Source: an uncultured delta proteobacterium (lineage in GTDB: Bacteria; Desulfobacterota; Binatia; UBA9968). Taken from it: a stretch of DNA of 64,000 nt. This document shows positions 43,824 to 53,133 of the stretch, piece by piece (the first letter of the stretch is position 1; each line of letters starts with the position of its first letter). A program made the position numbers and the translations under genes. The notes beneath the pieces are model-generated. The model did not search any database and was not told where the DNA came from. It saw only the letters and a program-made list of their open reading frames with translations. The stretch is from the NCBI GenBank assembly GCA_963771465.1, contig CAVYTU010000014.1:704001-768000 (forward strand). Reading direction: 5' to 3'.

Positions 43824-44666
43824 TTACTCGCGGCCTACCTTGGGGCGCCACTTGTCAAAGCGCTTTTCATAGCGATCAATGACCTCAGTCAGGGCCATGC
43901 CGGAAATGGCGAAAATCAAGACGCCGACGAATACCTTATCGGTTTGAAAGGTCGCGCCGGCGACGGTGATCATGAATCCGATGCCAGCGGTCGCGGCATA
44001 GAGCTCGCCGACCATGACGCCGATAAGCGCGCGACCGACGGCCAAGCGCAATCCGGTCAGAATGAACGGCACCGTCGAAGGCAGCACGACGGATTTGAAG
44101 ATTTGCCATTCCGACGCGCCAAAGCTTCTGGCTGCAGTGAGCAAGTTTGCCGGCGTGGTTTTGACCCCGTCGCGGGTGTTGATCAAGAGCGGAAAAACTG
44201 CGCCCAAAAAGATAATGCCGACCTTGGAGAGGATGCCGATGCCCAACCAGATAATCACCAAAGGCAAGAGAGCGACGCGGGGTGTTGCATTCATCGCGTT
44301 TACGAATGGGTCGCAAACGTAAGCGAATCGTTTGTACCAACCGATCGCGATGCCAAAAGGTATGGCGAAGACGATAGACAGGAAATAACCCCAGGCGAAC
44401 TCGATGCCGCTGATATAGAGGTCATTCCAGATCTCGCCCGAGGCGAACATCTGCCAAGCCGCTTTGAATATCATCGACGGCGCGCTCATGAACATCGGAT
44501 TGATCAGTCCGAACCAGTTACCGATGGATTCCCAAGTCAATAAGAATAGTATCGTGGATGTCGAGCCGAGAATGAGCTTCTCGTTATTCAGATAAAACTT
44601 GTATCCTGCCGACGCTTCGGCGACCCGAATGTCTAACAGTTGTTCTTCCTGTGCGCCCTGAGCCAT
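43824..44666 (-). CDS. ABC transporter permease, NitT/TauT/SsuC type
   Basis: PRVALLPL, AARSFGAS..QIF..VVLPS.VP EAA loop, VGEL. Confidence 0.92.
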   Translation of the reverse strand: MAQGAQEEQLLDIRVAEASAGYKFYLNNEKLILGSTSTILFLLTWESIGNWFGLINPMFMSAPSMIFKAAWQMFASGEIWNDLYISGIEFAWGYFLSIVFAIPFGIAIGWYKRFAYVCDPFVNAMNATPRVALLPLVIIWLGIGILSKVGIIFLGAVFPLLINTRDGVKTTPANLLTAARSFGASEWQIFKSVVLPSTVPFILTGLRLAVGRALIGVMVGELYAATAGIGFMITVAGATFQTDKVFVGVLIFAISGMALTEVIDRYEKRFDKWRPKVGRE

Positions 44667-44833
44667 AACAATACCCTCCAAGTGGTTACTATTCAGTTTT
44701 CGTTAGGAGATCATCCAGCCTGCGCACCAGTACCAAATGGCTAGGGGGTTGTCAACAGATTTGTCTGGACGTTTCCCCTCGAAGTTTGCTTACTGAACGG
44801 CGTGCGAAACTGACCGGCCAATGAAGCGCAATC

Positions 44834-44862
44834 TTGACAATCGTTAAGGTATTAAATACTTT
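44834..44862 (+). promoter_or_regulatory. Sigma70-like promoter of the radical SAM operon
   Basis: TTGACA (44834)-17 nt-TACTTT (44857); AGGAG RBS before ATG 44898. Confidence 0.6.
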
Positions 44863-44897
44863 GATTGCTACTAATTCCTACAGTCGCAGGAGATAAC

Positions 44898-46379
44898 ATG
44901 AAACTCCTATTTATTACGCCACCGATGGGCAATTGGGCGCCGTGGGGCGACCGTCATCTGGCCGTCAATTCGCTCCACGCGCAGGTTGCCGCGTTTATTC
45001 GCGAGAAAAACGTGGCGGAAGTTGCCATCCTCGATTGCCGCGCCCTTGGCCTCGACGATGATCAGATGCTGGATGAAGTGAAGCGCCAGCGGCCCGATGC
45101 AGTTTTCTTTGGCGCCATGATCGCCGCGGCGGGCGGCGCCGCCACCTTGAACCGTTTCCATGCGGCGATGCAAAAGATCAAAGAAGTTTCTCCCCAAACG
45201 GTCACCATCGGCGGCGGCTTGATGTACACCGCGGTGCCGCAAAAAATCATGGCCGACAATCCTCAGCTCGACTTCGCGATTGTCGGAGTGTTTGCCGACA
45301 ATGAATATGCGGTGTCTGAATTATTGGACGAACTGAAAAAACCTGCACCCGATTTCAGCGGGATCAAAGGGCTGGCCTACCGCAGGAACGGTGCAGTCGT
45401 GCTGACGCCGGCGCGGCCGGTGATCGCCAACCTCGACGAATTGCCCATGCCGGCCTACGATCTCTTTCCCATGGACAAGTACTTCGGCTACTCGGTGATT
45501 CCCAACTACAACGAATCGGTGACTTCTCGGGGATGCGAGGGCGCCTGTCATTTTTGCTACGAATGGTGGCTGGTCGACCAGCGCAATCCACGCGATTTCA
45601 GCTCGCACCGCACCAAAGGCGGCAAGCGAGTCGCCGATGAAATGGAACTGCTCAACAAGACCTATGGTGTCAAAGCGCTGACCTTCATGGACGACGATTT
45701 CAACTCCGATCGGCAAAAGATGGTCGACTTGGTCGAAGCGTTGGAGGAGAAAAAATTAGACATCAGCTGGTTCATGCTCAGCCGCGCGCAAAACCTTATC
45801 CGCGACATGGATCTGGTGCCGCGGTTGCGTAAAGTCGGTTTGTACCAGGTTTTGGTCGGCATCGACGGCGGCACGGACGAAGAGATCGCCGAAGCACGCA
45901 AAGGGCCGATGAAAGTGGGCGTCAAGGAATTAAAAGAGCTGATTCAGTTTCTGCGCAAGAACGACATTTCAACGATCTCGACCTATTTGAATGGTTTTTG
46001 GGAAGACGACGAAGCCAAAATCCGCCAACGGGCGAAAGCCGTCGACGAGATCGATCCCGATATCGTCATGATCCAGGTGCTCAATCCGATCCCAGGTTCG
46101 CCGATCTACAAGGCCGCCGTCAAAAATAACATCATCGAAGTCGACAATCTCAGTCTCTACGACTTGGAACACTCAGTCATGCCTACCAAACATCTCACGC
46201 GCCAACAGTTGGGCGAACTGACAGGTTGGGCATTTCAATCCTTCTACAGCAAGCCGGGTCGAGTAGAGCGCATCTTGAACGGTTACACCTCGCCCTATGT
46301 GAAGATGAAGTTTCTGTCTTTCAAGAACAACGCGGCGAAATATGAAAAGGGCGCGGCCGAGGATAAGGTTGCCATCTAA
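44898..46379 (+). CDS. Cobalamin-binding radical SAM protein (BchE-like architecture)
   Basis: N-terminal B12-binding domain (ILDCRA..RPDAV..TIGGG), LDELPMPAYDL, SRGCEGACHFC (CxxxCxxC), DDDFN, PIPGSP. Confidence 0.92.
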   Translation: MKLLFITPPMGNWAPWGDRHLAVNSLHAQVAAFIREKNVAEVAILDCRALGLDDDQMLDEVKRQRPDAVFFGAMIAAAGGAATLNRFHAAMQKIKEVSPQTVTIGGGLMYTAVPQKIMADNPQLDFAIVGVFADNEYAVSELLDELKKPAPDFSGIKGLAYRRNGAVVLTPARPVIANLDELPMPAYDLFPMDKYFGYSVIPNYNESVTSRGCEGACHFCYEWWLVDQRNPRDFSSHRTKGGKRVADEMELLNKTYGVKALTFMDDDFNSDRQKMVDLVEALEEKKLDISWFMLSRAQNLIRDMDLVPRLRKVGLYQVLVGIDGGTDEEIAEARKGPMKVGVKELKELIQFLRKNDISTISTYLNGFWEDDEAKIRQRAKAVDEIDPDIVMIQVLNPIPGSPIYKAAVKNNIIEVDNLSLYDLEHSVMPTKHLTRQQLGELTGWAFQSFYSKPGRVERILNGYTSPYVKMKFLSFKNNAAKYEKGAAEDKVAI

Positions 46380-46381
46380 TC

Positions 46382-47155
46382 ATGGCGCAGCGATTAAACC
46401 CTCGCCCGCTCGCCGGTAAAGTTGCGCTGGTCACCGGCGCGAGCCGCGGCATCGGTGCGGCGGCGGCGATTCGCCTGGCGCAGAGCGGCGCGGCCGTGGT
46501 GGTCAATTATCACCAGAATAAGGATGCAGCGCAGAAGACTCTCGCCGAAGTAGAGAGCGCCGGCAACCCCGGCATGTTGTTTCAAGCCGACGTGACGCAA
46601 AGAACCCAGGTCGACTCGATGGTGCGCGCCGCCAGCGAGAAACTCGGAGCCATCGATGTGCTGGTCAACAACGCATACTTTCCGTTTCAAGTGAGCGCGC
46701 TGCACGAGATTAGCTGGGACAGTTTTCATCAAGCGATCGAGCACGAGTTGTCCGCCTTCTACCATTGCGTGCAAGCCTGTTTGCCGGCGATGAAAGAAAA
46801 AAAGGCCGGTCGAATTATCGTCGTCAGCACGCGTTTGGCGCAACAGCCGTTGGCGCGCATGGGCGCTTACGCGGCGGCGAAGTCCGCGTTGGAGTCCATG
46901 GCGAACACGATGGCGATCGAATTGGGCCCCCTGGGCATTGCGGTCAATGTGGTGACTCCGGCGTTCACACTGACCGACGCCTCGATGATTATGCCGGAGA
47001 CGTATCGCGAGCGGGTGAAAGAAACGCGGCCGCTGAAAAACCATCTGTATCCCGAAGATATCGCCGGCGCGATAGCTTTCTTAGCCGGCGATGAAGCGAA
47101 CATGATAACCGGAAGCCATATACTCATCACCGGTGGAAGTCATCTGCAACTCTAA
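46382..47155 (+). CDS. SDR family NAD(P)-dependent oxidoreductase
   Basis: TGASRGIG, LVNNA, YAAAK, ITG. Confidence 0.93.
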   Translation: MAQRLNPRPLAGKVALVTGASRGIGAAAAIRLAQSGAAVVVNYHQNKDAAQKTLAEVESAGNPGMLFQADVTQRTQVDSMVRAASEKLGAIDVLVNNAYFPFQVSALHEISWDSFHQAIEHELSAFYHCVQACLPAMKEKKAGRIIVVSTRLAQQPLARMGAYAAAKSALESMANTMAIELGPLGIAVNVVTPAFTLTDASMIMPETYRERVKETRPLKNHLYPEDIAGAIAFLAGDEANMITGSHILITGGSHLQL

Positions 47156-47157
47156 GT

Positions 47158-47276
47158 AATTGAGAATGGATAATTGAGAATTGAAAATGTCGGAGTCACA
47201 TTTCTTGCTCGTTAAACAACGTCTGCGGACCTTGCCCGGATCCTAAATTTTCAATTATCCATTCTCCATATCAATT
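47158..47276. repeat. Intergenic heptamer inverted tandem-repeat element
   Basis: AATTGAG-AATGGAT-AATTGAG-AATTGAA ... CTAAATT-TTCAATT-ATCCATT-CTCCATA. Confidence 0.75.
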
Positions 47277-47285
47277 GTTTTTCCC

Positions 47286-48770
47286 ATGCTTTCCCTCGAT
47301 GAGATTATCGCCAAGCTGACAGAGATCGTCGGTGCACGACGGGTCTCGACGAACCCGATAGACAAGATCAATTATCAACACACGCTAGCGTATGGCGCCT
47401 ATCGGGCCCTACCCGATGTGATTGTGCGCATCGAGTCGGACGGCGAAGGCAATCATAAGGTTGCTGACATTCTAAAATTCGCCAACGAGCACAAAATTCC
47501 CATCGTCGCTAAAGGCGGCGTCGGCATGGGCATCAGTTCGCCACTCAAAGGCGGGCTGCTGCTCGACATGCTTGGCATGGATAAGATTCTCGAAGTCAAC
47601 TCGGCCATGCAGTATGTGATCGCTGAAGGCGGCGCGAGCGTTTACGCGATTCACCACGCGCTGCGTCAACATGGGATGATGCTGCCCAACTTCGGCACCT
47701 ACGGTCCGGCGGTGGTCATCGGCGCGATGATCAACAAAGGCGGCATCGGCTACGGCATGACGCGCTACGGCTGGATCGCCGACATGGTGCTCGGCTTGGA
47801 AGTGATTCTTGCCAACGGCGAGACCATTCGCTTGGGCGCATTGGCGAATCAAGGAACGACTTTCGGGCCGTTTCAAAAATGGATTCATCTGCCGGATCTG
47901 CTCGGTATGTTCACCCTCGCTGCCGGCTCCATGGGGATCATCAGCAAGGTTTGCCTGCGCGCCATCGAATGCCGGCGTGAGTGGTTGCACGATTACTGCT
48001 ATGTGTTTCGCCGCGATCAGCTGCAGCAAGTGCAAGAGTCGCTCATCGAGTTGGTCCGAGGCGAAGTCGTCTACGACATCCATTTCACCGACCGCTGGCA
48101 ATATCACTGGCCGATGGAAGAAGGCTTGTACGACAAGAGCAAGATACCCGACGACGGCTGGTTCTTTTTAAAAACCGTTCTCATGGCGCGTGACGCCGAA
48201 GAGCTAGCATTCAAAGAAAAACGCATGCGACGCGTCTACCAATCCGCCGCCGGCGTCGACGTACCTGAGATCGCCGACAAAGCGATGGGCGCCAAAGCGC
48301 AGGAGTTAGGTCTTCACGGCTGGCCAGATTGGCACATCATGGGGCCGGACGGTTGGTGCGGTACGGTGGTGCGTCATACGGGCATGTTCGCGGTGACCTC
48401 GAAAATGTACCCGTTGCGGTTCTTGAGGGAAATGTATGACCTTGACGAAGCTGCCAAGCGCGAGTGCGGCATTTGGGATGCGGCCCATTCGCCGCAACAT
48501 GATAGTTACGTCACTCGCGACTTCGCCATCAAGGAAGAGTATTTTACCTTCTACAATCCCTACGACGACGAAGATGTCGGCAAGCTGCGTAAATGGATGG
48601 GTATGGTTCAGCAGTTCAGCAACGAGCGCGGTGTGGTCTGGACGGCGCCGACCCTAAGCACCAAGGGGCCAATACCCTATCAAAGACTCGGCAGCCTTTA
48701 CGACGTTGTCAAAGAGATCAAACAGCTGGTCGATCCGAATAATATTCTGAATCCGGGGGCGCTCTACTGA
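47286..48770 (+). CDS. FAD-binding oxidoreductase (VAO/PCMH/GlcD superfamily)
   Basis: PDVIV, IVAKGG, RYG...D.VLGLEVILANG, GSMGIIS, VDPNNILNPG. Confidence 0.88.
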   Translation: MLSLDEIIAKLTEIVGARRVSTNPIDKINYQHTLAYGAYRALPDVIVRIESDGEGNHKVADILKFANEHKIPIVAKGGVGMGISSPLKGGLLLDMLGMDKILEVNSAMQYVIAEGGASVYAIHHALRQHGMMLPNFGTYGPAVVIGAMINKGGIGYGMTRYGWIADMVLGLEVILANGETIRLGALANQGTTFGPFQKWIHLPDLLGMFTLAAGSMGIISKVCLRAIECRREWLHDYCYVFRRDQLQQVQESLIELVRGEVVYDIHFTDRWQYHWPMEEGLYDKSKIPDDGWFFLKTVLMARDAEELAFKEKRMRRVYQSAAGVDVPEIADKAMGAKAQELGLHGWPDWHIMGPDGWCGTVVRHTGMFAVTSKMYPLRFLREMYDLDEAAKRECGIWDAAHSPQHDSYVTRDFAIKEEYFTFYNPYDDEDVGKLRKWMGMVQQFSNERGVVWTAPTLSTKGPIPYQRLGSLYDVVKEIKQLVDPNNILNPGALY

Positions 48771-48857
48771 TTTCGATCAAGGTTCAAGCGTTCAACGGTT
48801 CGAGGTCGGAGACGGCAATCGGCTAAAAGTTTTGTTGGCAGAGCTAAGGAGAGCAAT

Positions 48858-49652
48858 ATGGGACTGGGAAGGCAGGATTTTTCCGGCAAGAAACTGTCAC
48901 CGCAGGAAGCCGACGCGGTGATCACGGATCTGAAAAAATATTTACTCGATATCGCCGACCGTTGGTTGATCAAAGGCCGTTTTCACACCGACATGGCCAA
49001 CGGAACACTGCCCATGGAAGCGATAAAAATATTTTGGCAGAATTGGCATGGCTTTGTCGCCGAGATCAATAATTTTCACGGCGTCGCCTACCAGCGTCAT
49101 CTGCCGTTTTTCAAGCGCCATCCCGAGCTGCAAAAACATTTCGCCGCCCACGTTGCCGACGAAATGATTCATCCCAAGCCGCCGGGACATATTCAGATCG
49201 TCCTCGAACAAGGGCGCAACTTCGGTCTCACCGACAACGAGATGGTCGAGTATGAAATGCTCGCCGAGTGTCGGGCGTTCCTCGAATACTATCGCGGCGT
49301 GCTCTACGAAGGCACCATGGTCGAGTGGTGGGCGTCGTTCTGCGTCGAGGAGGCGGTCGGCCACTGGGCGCGCTTCTTCGGCGGCGCGCTGCGTAAGGTA
49401 TACAATTTCCCGGAAGAAAAAATCGTCTACTTCCGGGTGCACGCCAAGGCCGATCTCGAAGAGCACGACGGTATCATGGCGCACGCCGATCTCGACTGGA
49501 TGGTTCTGAAAAAGATGCTCGAAGAAGGTAAAGCCGACACCCGGCCCGGTTTCAATCTTGAATACTGCATGCGCATGGGCACGGCGTATTTCGCCTGGTT
49601 TTTTGAAGGCGTGTATCAGCAGATCAAAAAGGAAGGTTTGTACAAAGAGTAA
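48858..49652 (+). CDS. Heme-oxygenase-like diiron enzyme (TenA/PqqC/CADD superfamily)
   Basis: Predicted all-helical; ADEM...GH, CVEE and YFRVHAKADLEEH give the E/H/E/H/D/H ligand pattern of CADD-type HDOs. Confidence 0.75.
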   Translation: MGLGRQDFSGKKLSPQEADAVITDLKKYLLDIADRWLIKGRFHTDMANGTLPMEAIKIFWQNWHGFVAEINNFHGVAYQRHLPFFKRHPELQKHFAAHVADEMIHPKPPGHIQIVLEQGRNFGLTDNEMVEYEMLAECRAFLEYYRGVLYEGTMVEWWASFCVEEAVGHWARFFGGALRKVYNFPEEKIVYFRVHAKADLEEHDGIMAHADLDWMVLKKMLEEGKADTRPGFNLEYCMRMGTAYFAWFFEGVYQQIKKEGLYKE

Positions 49653-49654
49653 GC

Positions 49655-50680
49655 ATGGCCGAGTCTAACAAAGAAGAACTTTCGCCCCGTCCGCTGATGC
49701 GGATACTCGGTGATTTCGCCAACAGTCAGATCCTCGACGCGGCGCTGGAATATGATTTTTTCACGCTGATTAACAACGGATTTCACAGCGCCGAAGATAT
49801 CGCCCGTCAAGCCGGCACGGACGCGCGCGCGACGCGCATCGTTCTCGACAGCCTGCCGGCGCTTGCGCTCATCGAAAAGCGCGACGGCAAGTACGCGCTG
49901 ACGCCGACCGCCGAGATTTTCTTGGTCAAAAGCAAACCGTCCTACGTCGGCGACTTTCGCCACGTCGCTTTGGCTCTATGGGATGGCATGGCGCATCTGA
50001 AGGAATCGCTCAAAACCGGCAAACCGCTCAGCCGCATGGATACCAACGCCGAGCTGCAAGTCTGGGAAAAGCTTGTGCTTGGCATCATCGTCATCGCCGA
50101 GCCGGCGGCCAAGGCGCTGTGCGACATTCTTAAGATCGGCACGGAGCGCAAAGGTATGCGCGTGCTCGATATCGCCGGTGGCTCGAGTATCTTTGGCATG
50201 ACCATCGTCACGCGCGATCCGACGGCGCAGGTTACTCAACTCGACTGGCCCAACGTTAATGTGGTGGCAAAGAAAGCCAACAAGGAGCGCGGTTTGGAAG
50301 GTAAGATTCGCTTCATCGATGGCGAGCATCACAGCGCGAATCTCGAAGCCAATCACTATGACTTAATTCTCGCCAGCAATTTCTGCCGCTTCGAGTCGCC
50401 CAAGGGCAATCAAGAGTTATTCGCCAAGGCTTATGGTGCGCTCAAGCCCGGAGGTATTTTTGTCGTCAACGACTTCGTGCCCAACGAAGAACGCACCGAG
50501 CCGACCTTCGCGTTACGCTTTTCCGTTTACACGCTGACGCACACGCCGGAAGGGGAGTGCTGGACGCTGTCGCAGTACTCCGACTGGCTCAAGCAGGCGG
50601 GATTCAACTCCATAAAAATGCACGGCGATGTTCCCAAGACCTTGCCGGGAACGACGCTGATCTTGGCGCAAAAGATTTAG
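49655..50680 (+). CDS. SAM-dependent O/C-methyltransferase with N-terminal dimerisation domain
   Basis: SQILDAALEYDFF winged-helix N-domain; VLDIAGGS, LDWP, ALKPGG..VVNDF. Confidence 0.88.
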   Translation: MAESNKEELSPRPLMRILGDFANSQILDAALEYDFFTLINNGFHSAEDIARQAGTDARATRIVLDSLPALALIEKRDGKYALTPTAEIFLVKSKPSYVGDFRHVALALWDGMAHLKESLKTGKPLSRMDTNAELQVWEKLVLGIIVIAEPAAKALCDILKIGTERKGMRVLDIAGGSSIFGMTIVTRDPTAQVTQLDWPNVNVVAKKANKERGLEGKIRFIDGEHHSANLEANHYDLILASNFCRFESPKGNQELFAKAYGALKPGGIFVVNDFVPNEERTEPTFALRFSVYTLTHTPEGECWTLSQYSDWLKQAGFNSIKMHGDVPKTLPGTTLILAQKI

Positions 50681-50704
50681 CTGCTTGCTCGCCGAAGGAA
50701 ATTC

Positions 50705-51613
50705 TTAGACGAGTTTTTTCCCGCCGCTTTCCCATTTGCTCAGCCCTTTGCCTTGTTCCTTGCGGGCGGCGATGATGCGGCGCCATTTTTCTTCGTCGTC
50801 GAGGAGTTCTTCTTTTTGATTGGGCGCGTGGGCGGTGATTTGCAGGCGATTATTATCCGGGTCGAAGAGATAAATACTGCGCTCGCCTTCCGGTCGTAAG
50901 CCGTCGTCTGCGCGTCGATCTCCTTGGCTTCTGCCGCCATGGCGTTCGACCAACGCGACCATGGAGTCGAAATCTTCCTGCGGCACATCCATCGCCATGT
51001 GACAGCCGCGGCCATGTTTTTTGCTGCGCTCGGAGAGTTCTGCGACTTCGACGAGACCGATCATCTGGCCGTTGCGCGTCGGAATCAGCATTTCTTCGCC
51101 AAAAGGAATGGGCACAGCCGTGCCGAGCGCTTCGGAGTAAAAAGTCAGAGCCTTTTTCATGTTACAAGTTTCGAATACCGTGTGGCTGATACATTCGCTG
51201 AGCGGCTCGACGCGGCGCACGCAGCATTCGAGATGGTTGCCATCGGGATCGTCGAAATAGATTGAGCGCTCAAACGGCGCCTCGGCTGCATGTTGGACCG
51301 TGCCCTTGAACGGATGGTTGGCCAAACGTAGCGCCTGTTCAACCTGATCGAAACGCTCGCTGGTGACGCTGATTCCGATGCGCGGCCCAGCGCCCGCTGA
51401 CGGGCCGGCGCTGACTCCCGGTAGGTGTAGGCCGATTATGTTTTCGCCGGCGAGGACATAAGTTTGGCGTGGGCTGCCGTCGGGGTTACGCCGGGTGGTT
51501 TTGAACTTTAAGCCGAGAACGTCGAGGTAAAAAGTTTGATTCACTGCCAAATCGCGCACCGGGATGGCGATGTGGTCGATGGTTTCAACCCCGTAGCGAA
51601 TTTCTGCGACCAT
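50705..51613 (-). CDS. Two-domain VOC (glyoxalase/extradiol dioxygenase fold) protein
   Basis: IDHIAIPV.DL..FY..VLG, SIYFDDPDGNHLE, SIYLFDPDNNRLQ; GGAGG RBS. Confidence 0.87.
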   Translation of the reverse strand: MVAEIRYGVETIDHIAIPVRDLAVNQTFYLDVLGLKFKTTRRNPDGSPRQTYVLAGENIIGLHLPGVSAGPSAGAGPRIGISVTSERFDQVEQALRLANHPFKGTVQHAAEAPFERSIYFDDPDGNHLECCVRRVEPLSECISHTVFETCNMKKALTFYSEALGTAVPIPFGEEMLIPTRNGQMIGLVEVAELSERSKKHGRGCHMAMDVPQEDFDSMVALVERHGGRSQGDRRADDGLRPEGERSIYLFDPDNNRLQITAHAPNQKEELLDDEEKWRRIIAARKEQGKGLSKWESGGKKLV

Positions 51614-51724
51614 GCTTGTTCCTCCAACCGCTGCGCGAGATTTCACCAATGACCGTACTTGAAAGCGCCATTGACCGTCAACCGATGGGCGAAGAATTCT
51701 TTCGCGCGTTCGGTTGCCGCGGGC

Positions 51725-52954
51725 TTAAACGATTTCGGGAAAAGTAAATTTTCTCTTGCCCAGCCGGCGCGCGCCGTTTTTCTCGATGACCACCGTGTCG
51801 CCGCAGCGGATCGAGTCGGGCGCGCTACCGGGCATGGCGCCGGGTTTGAGAACAAAAACGTTGCCTTCGACCAAGGGCAGATCGAGATGCTGGGTGTAGG
51901 TCGCGCTGGTATACATGTCGCCTTCGACTTCGCCGGTGATTTGCGGGCGGTCCTCGCCGATGCCGCGGCCGTGCAGCAACATTCCCTTCGGGATGAATCC
52001 CGCTTCACGCACCAGCTTCTGGTAAAATGCAATCACGTCGCGATAGGACACTCCCGGCTTCATGAACTTAACCAGCTCGTCGAAAACTTTCACGCTGACA
52101 TCGAAGGCTTGTTTCAAATCCGATGGGATTTTGCCGAGACAAGCGGCCTGCACGGTCTGGGCGATATAGCCGCCGTATTTCGCTTCCAACTCAGTATTGA
52201 TCATATCGCCGGCTTGGAGCGGACGGTGCGGCGCGATGCGGCAAGCCCAAGGCACGTCGACGCCGGCGCCCCAGTGGGTCATCGACGGGTAATCGCCGCC
52301 ATTGGCAATGATCGTTTGCCAGATGGTCGCCACCATGTCGTTTTCCATCACGCCTGGTTTCGCTTTCGCGAGTATCGCGGCGACGACCTGGTCGAGTATC
52401 TCCGCGGCGCGCTCCATCCAGGCTACTTCCTCTGGACTTTTGATCGACCGAGCGTCTTGCAAGACTTCCGTGGCGTTTTCAAATTGAGCATTAGGAAAGG
52501 CCTGGCGCACATTGTCGAGCATGCCGACGACCACGGTGCCTTCCGGCGCGCGCAGCAAACCGCTTAAGCCACTGACGCCGATACGGCCATTATCCAATTT
52601 TAATTCCTTCATTCGCGCGATTAGCGGCGGACTCCAGGAACGGCGCGACGGGCGAATATCTTTGATCCAGTCCTGGGCGATGTTCCACCATTCGATCTCG
52701 TTGCCGCCGCGGACAAATGCCGTCGGCTCCTCGGCCTGCGGGAAAACCACGGCGACTTCGGTCTGATGGCCACCGATGTGAGTCAGATAGCGAATGTCGG
52801 CCTGAAACTGATCCCAGTGGCTTTGATTGGGAAAACCAATAATGGCATCGAGCCTTTCTTGGCGCATGAGCTCGCGTACGCGGCGCCAGCGCCGCTCGCG
52901 CTCGGCTAAACTGAATCTTGGTAAACCGAAGCCTCTTTCACCGCTGTTGATCAT
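51725..52954 (-). CDS. M24 pita-bread fold hydrolase, creatinase-like
   Basis: FS.AERERRW N-domain, RSIKSPEE, HGRG; start approximate. Confidence 0.85.
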   Translation of the reverse strand: MINSGERGFGLPRFSLAERERRWRRVRELMRQERLDAIIGFPNQSHWDQFQADIRYLTHIGGHQTEVAVVFPQAEEPTAFVRGGNEIEWWNIAQDWIKDIRPSRRSWSPPLIARMKELKLDNGRIGVSGLSGLLRAPEGTVVVGMLDNVRQAFPNAQFENATEVLQDARSIKSPEEVAWMERAAEILDQVVAAILAKAKPGVMENDMVATIWQTIIANGGDYPSMTHWGAGVDVPWACRIAPHRPLQAGDMINTELEAKYGGYIAQTVQAACLGKIPSDLKQAFDVSVKVFDELVKFMKPGVSYRDVIAFYQKLVREAGFIPKGMLLHGRGIGEDRPQITGEVEGDMYTSATYTQHLDLPLVEGNVFVLKPGAMPGSAPDSIRCGDTVVIEKNGARRLGKRKFTFPEIV

Positions 52955-53133
52955 ACCACTAGCGCTCGCTTTCCTTTGAAGATTCATTACCTTATATGGT
53001 GATGCGGGAACGGGTACAAGGTTAGCCCTGGAATTGCCAAAGGCTAGCTGGTAGAGTGCCGAGCCGTGAATACCAGCGGCGTTAATCGTACTTCAACATT
53101 TCGGGCCGCTCGGTAATTCCCCGCCAAACTTCG

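Noticed and set aside
43818-44543. 241-aa plus-strand ORF
   Set aside because: Antisense shadow of the ABC permease.
44898-50680. Assigning bchE/bchU (bacteriochlorophyll synthesis) to the radical SAM and methyltransferase genes
   Set aside because: Similarity is at family level only, and there are no chelatase, reductase or photosystem genes in the window.
51659-52567. 302-aa plus-strand ORF
   Set aside because: Antisense shadow of the M24 hydrolase.
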